A stretch of DNA of 64,000 bases from an uncultured Gemmatimonadales bacterium (lineage in GTDB: Bacteria > Gemmatimonadota > Gemmatimonadetes > Gemmatimonadales > Gemmatimonadaceae), in contig CAWBZV010000005.1 of assembly GCA_963793305.1 (NCBI GenBank), positions 672,001 to 736,000 of the forward strand, given 5' to 3'. Made by a program: the position numbers and the translations under genes. Shown piece by piece: positions 63,589-64,000 of the stretch (position 1 is its first letter; each line of letters starts with the position of its first letter). The notes below the pieces were generated by a model. That model did not search any database and was not told where the DNA came from. It was given only the letters and a program-made list of their open reading frames with translations.

Positions 63589-64000
63589 TGCCAACGCGGT
63601 CGGTCTCTCAACGGTGGCGGGCGCCGATCGCGCTGATCGCGCTGGCGCTGCTCTTCGCGTGCCTCAAAGGCCGCTCCCCAACTGATGGCAGCGCCAACGA
63701 CGTACGCTTCGATTTGAGCGCGCAAGTCAGCGGCGGCTCGGTGCTGCACATCACGGTCGTCTATCTCGACCAGCCGACGAACAGCGAGACGCTCGTGCCG
63801 GTGATCCTGCTCGACCAACGGATCAACGTGGCAGCCGGCACCCAAAGCCTCCCGCTGACGATCGACCTCACGCGTTGCCTCGCCGATCCGCTGCACCTCT
63901 CGGGATCGACGTGCGAGCTCGAGGCCGGCGTCGTGCTAGAGCAGAACGGTCAGGCCGTCGATAGCGTTGGCGTCGGACCGATAGCGGTCACACCGGGCCA
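63588..64000 (+). CDS. Lipoprotein, beta-rich, truncated by window end
   Basis: My translation MPTRSVSQRWRAPIALIALALLFAC..; open to 64000; ATG overlaps upstream TGA. Confidence 0.7.
   Translation, partial: MPTRSVSQRWRAPIALIALALLFACLKGRSPTDGSANDVRFDLSAQVSGGSVLHITVVYLDQPTNSETLVPVILLDQRINVAAGTQSLPLTIDLTRCLADPLHLSGSTCELEAGVVLEQNGQAVDSVGVGPIAVTPG

Overview
High-GC bacterial chromosomal window, densely coding (about 60 genes), with no rRNA, tRNA, CRISPR array, transposase or integrase that I can see. A SusC/SusD pair, a Hanks-type kinase and many lipoproteins in a GC-rich genome suggest Gemmatimonadota (inference). Contents in order: multicopper oxidase operon; small AT-richer orphan islet; a tightly coupled 7-gene operon (HAD, nucleotidyltransferase, ATP-grasp, class III aminotransferase, CDP-alcohol phosphotransferase, Gfo/Idh/MocA dehydrogenase, LPG-synthase-TM flippase); Ser/Thr kinase; pentose-phosphate operon; DinB with LigC and a stand-alone Prim-Pol; tyrosine catabolism plus peptidases; a putrescine/GABA catabolic locus with two polyamine ABC transporters; SusCD; a Sel1 protein; and a CsgG-like lipoprotein / beta-barrel / lipoprotein operon running off the end. 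The best candidate for an undescribed system is the 7-gene operon, which looks like a pathway for an amino-cyclitol (inosamine-type) phospholipid head group and includes an ATP-grasp protein with ITPK1-like inositol-phosphate-kinase motifs. Ten genes are broken by apparent single-base insertions, most likely long-read errors. Many genes look leaderless (TANNNT 5-7 nt before the start codon). All family calls come from motif recognition by eye, not from database searches.
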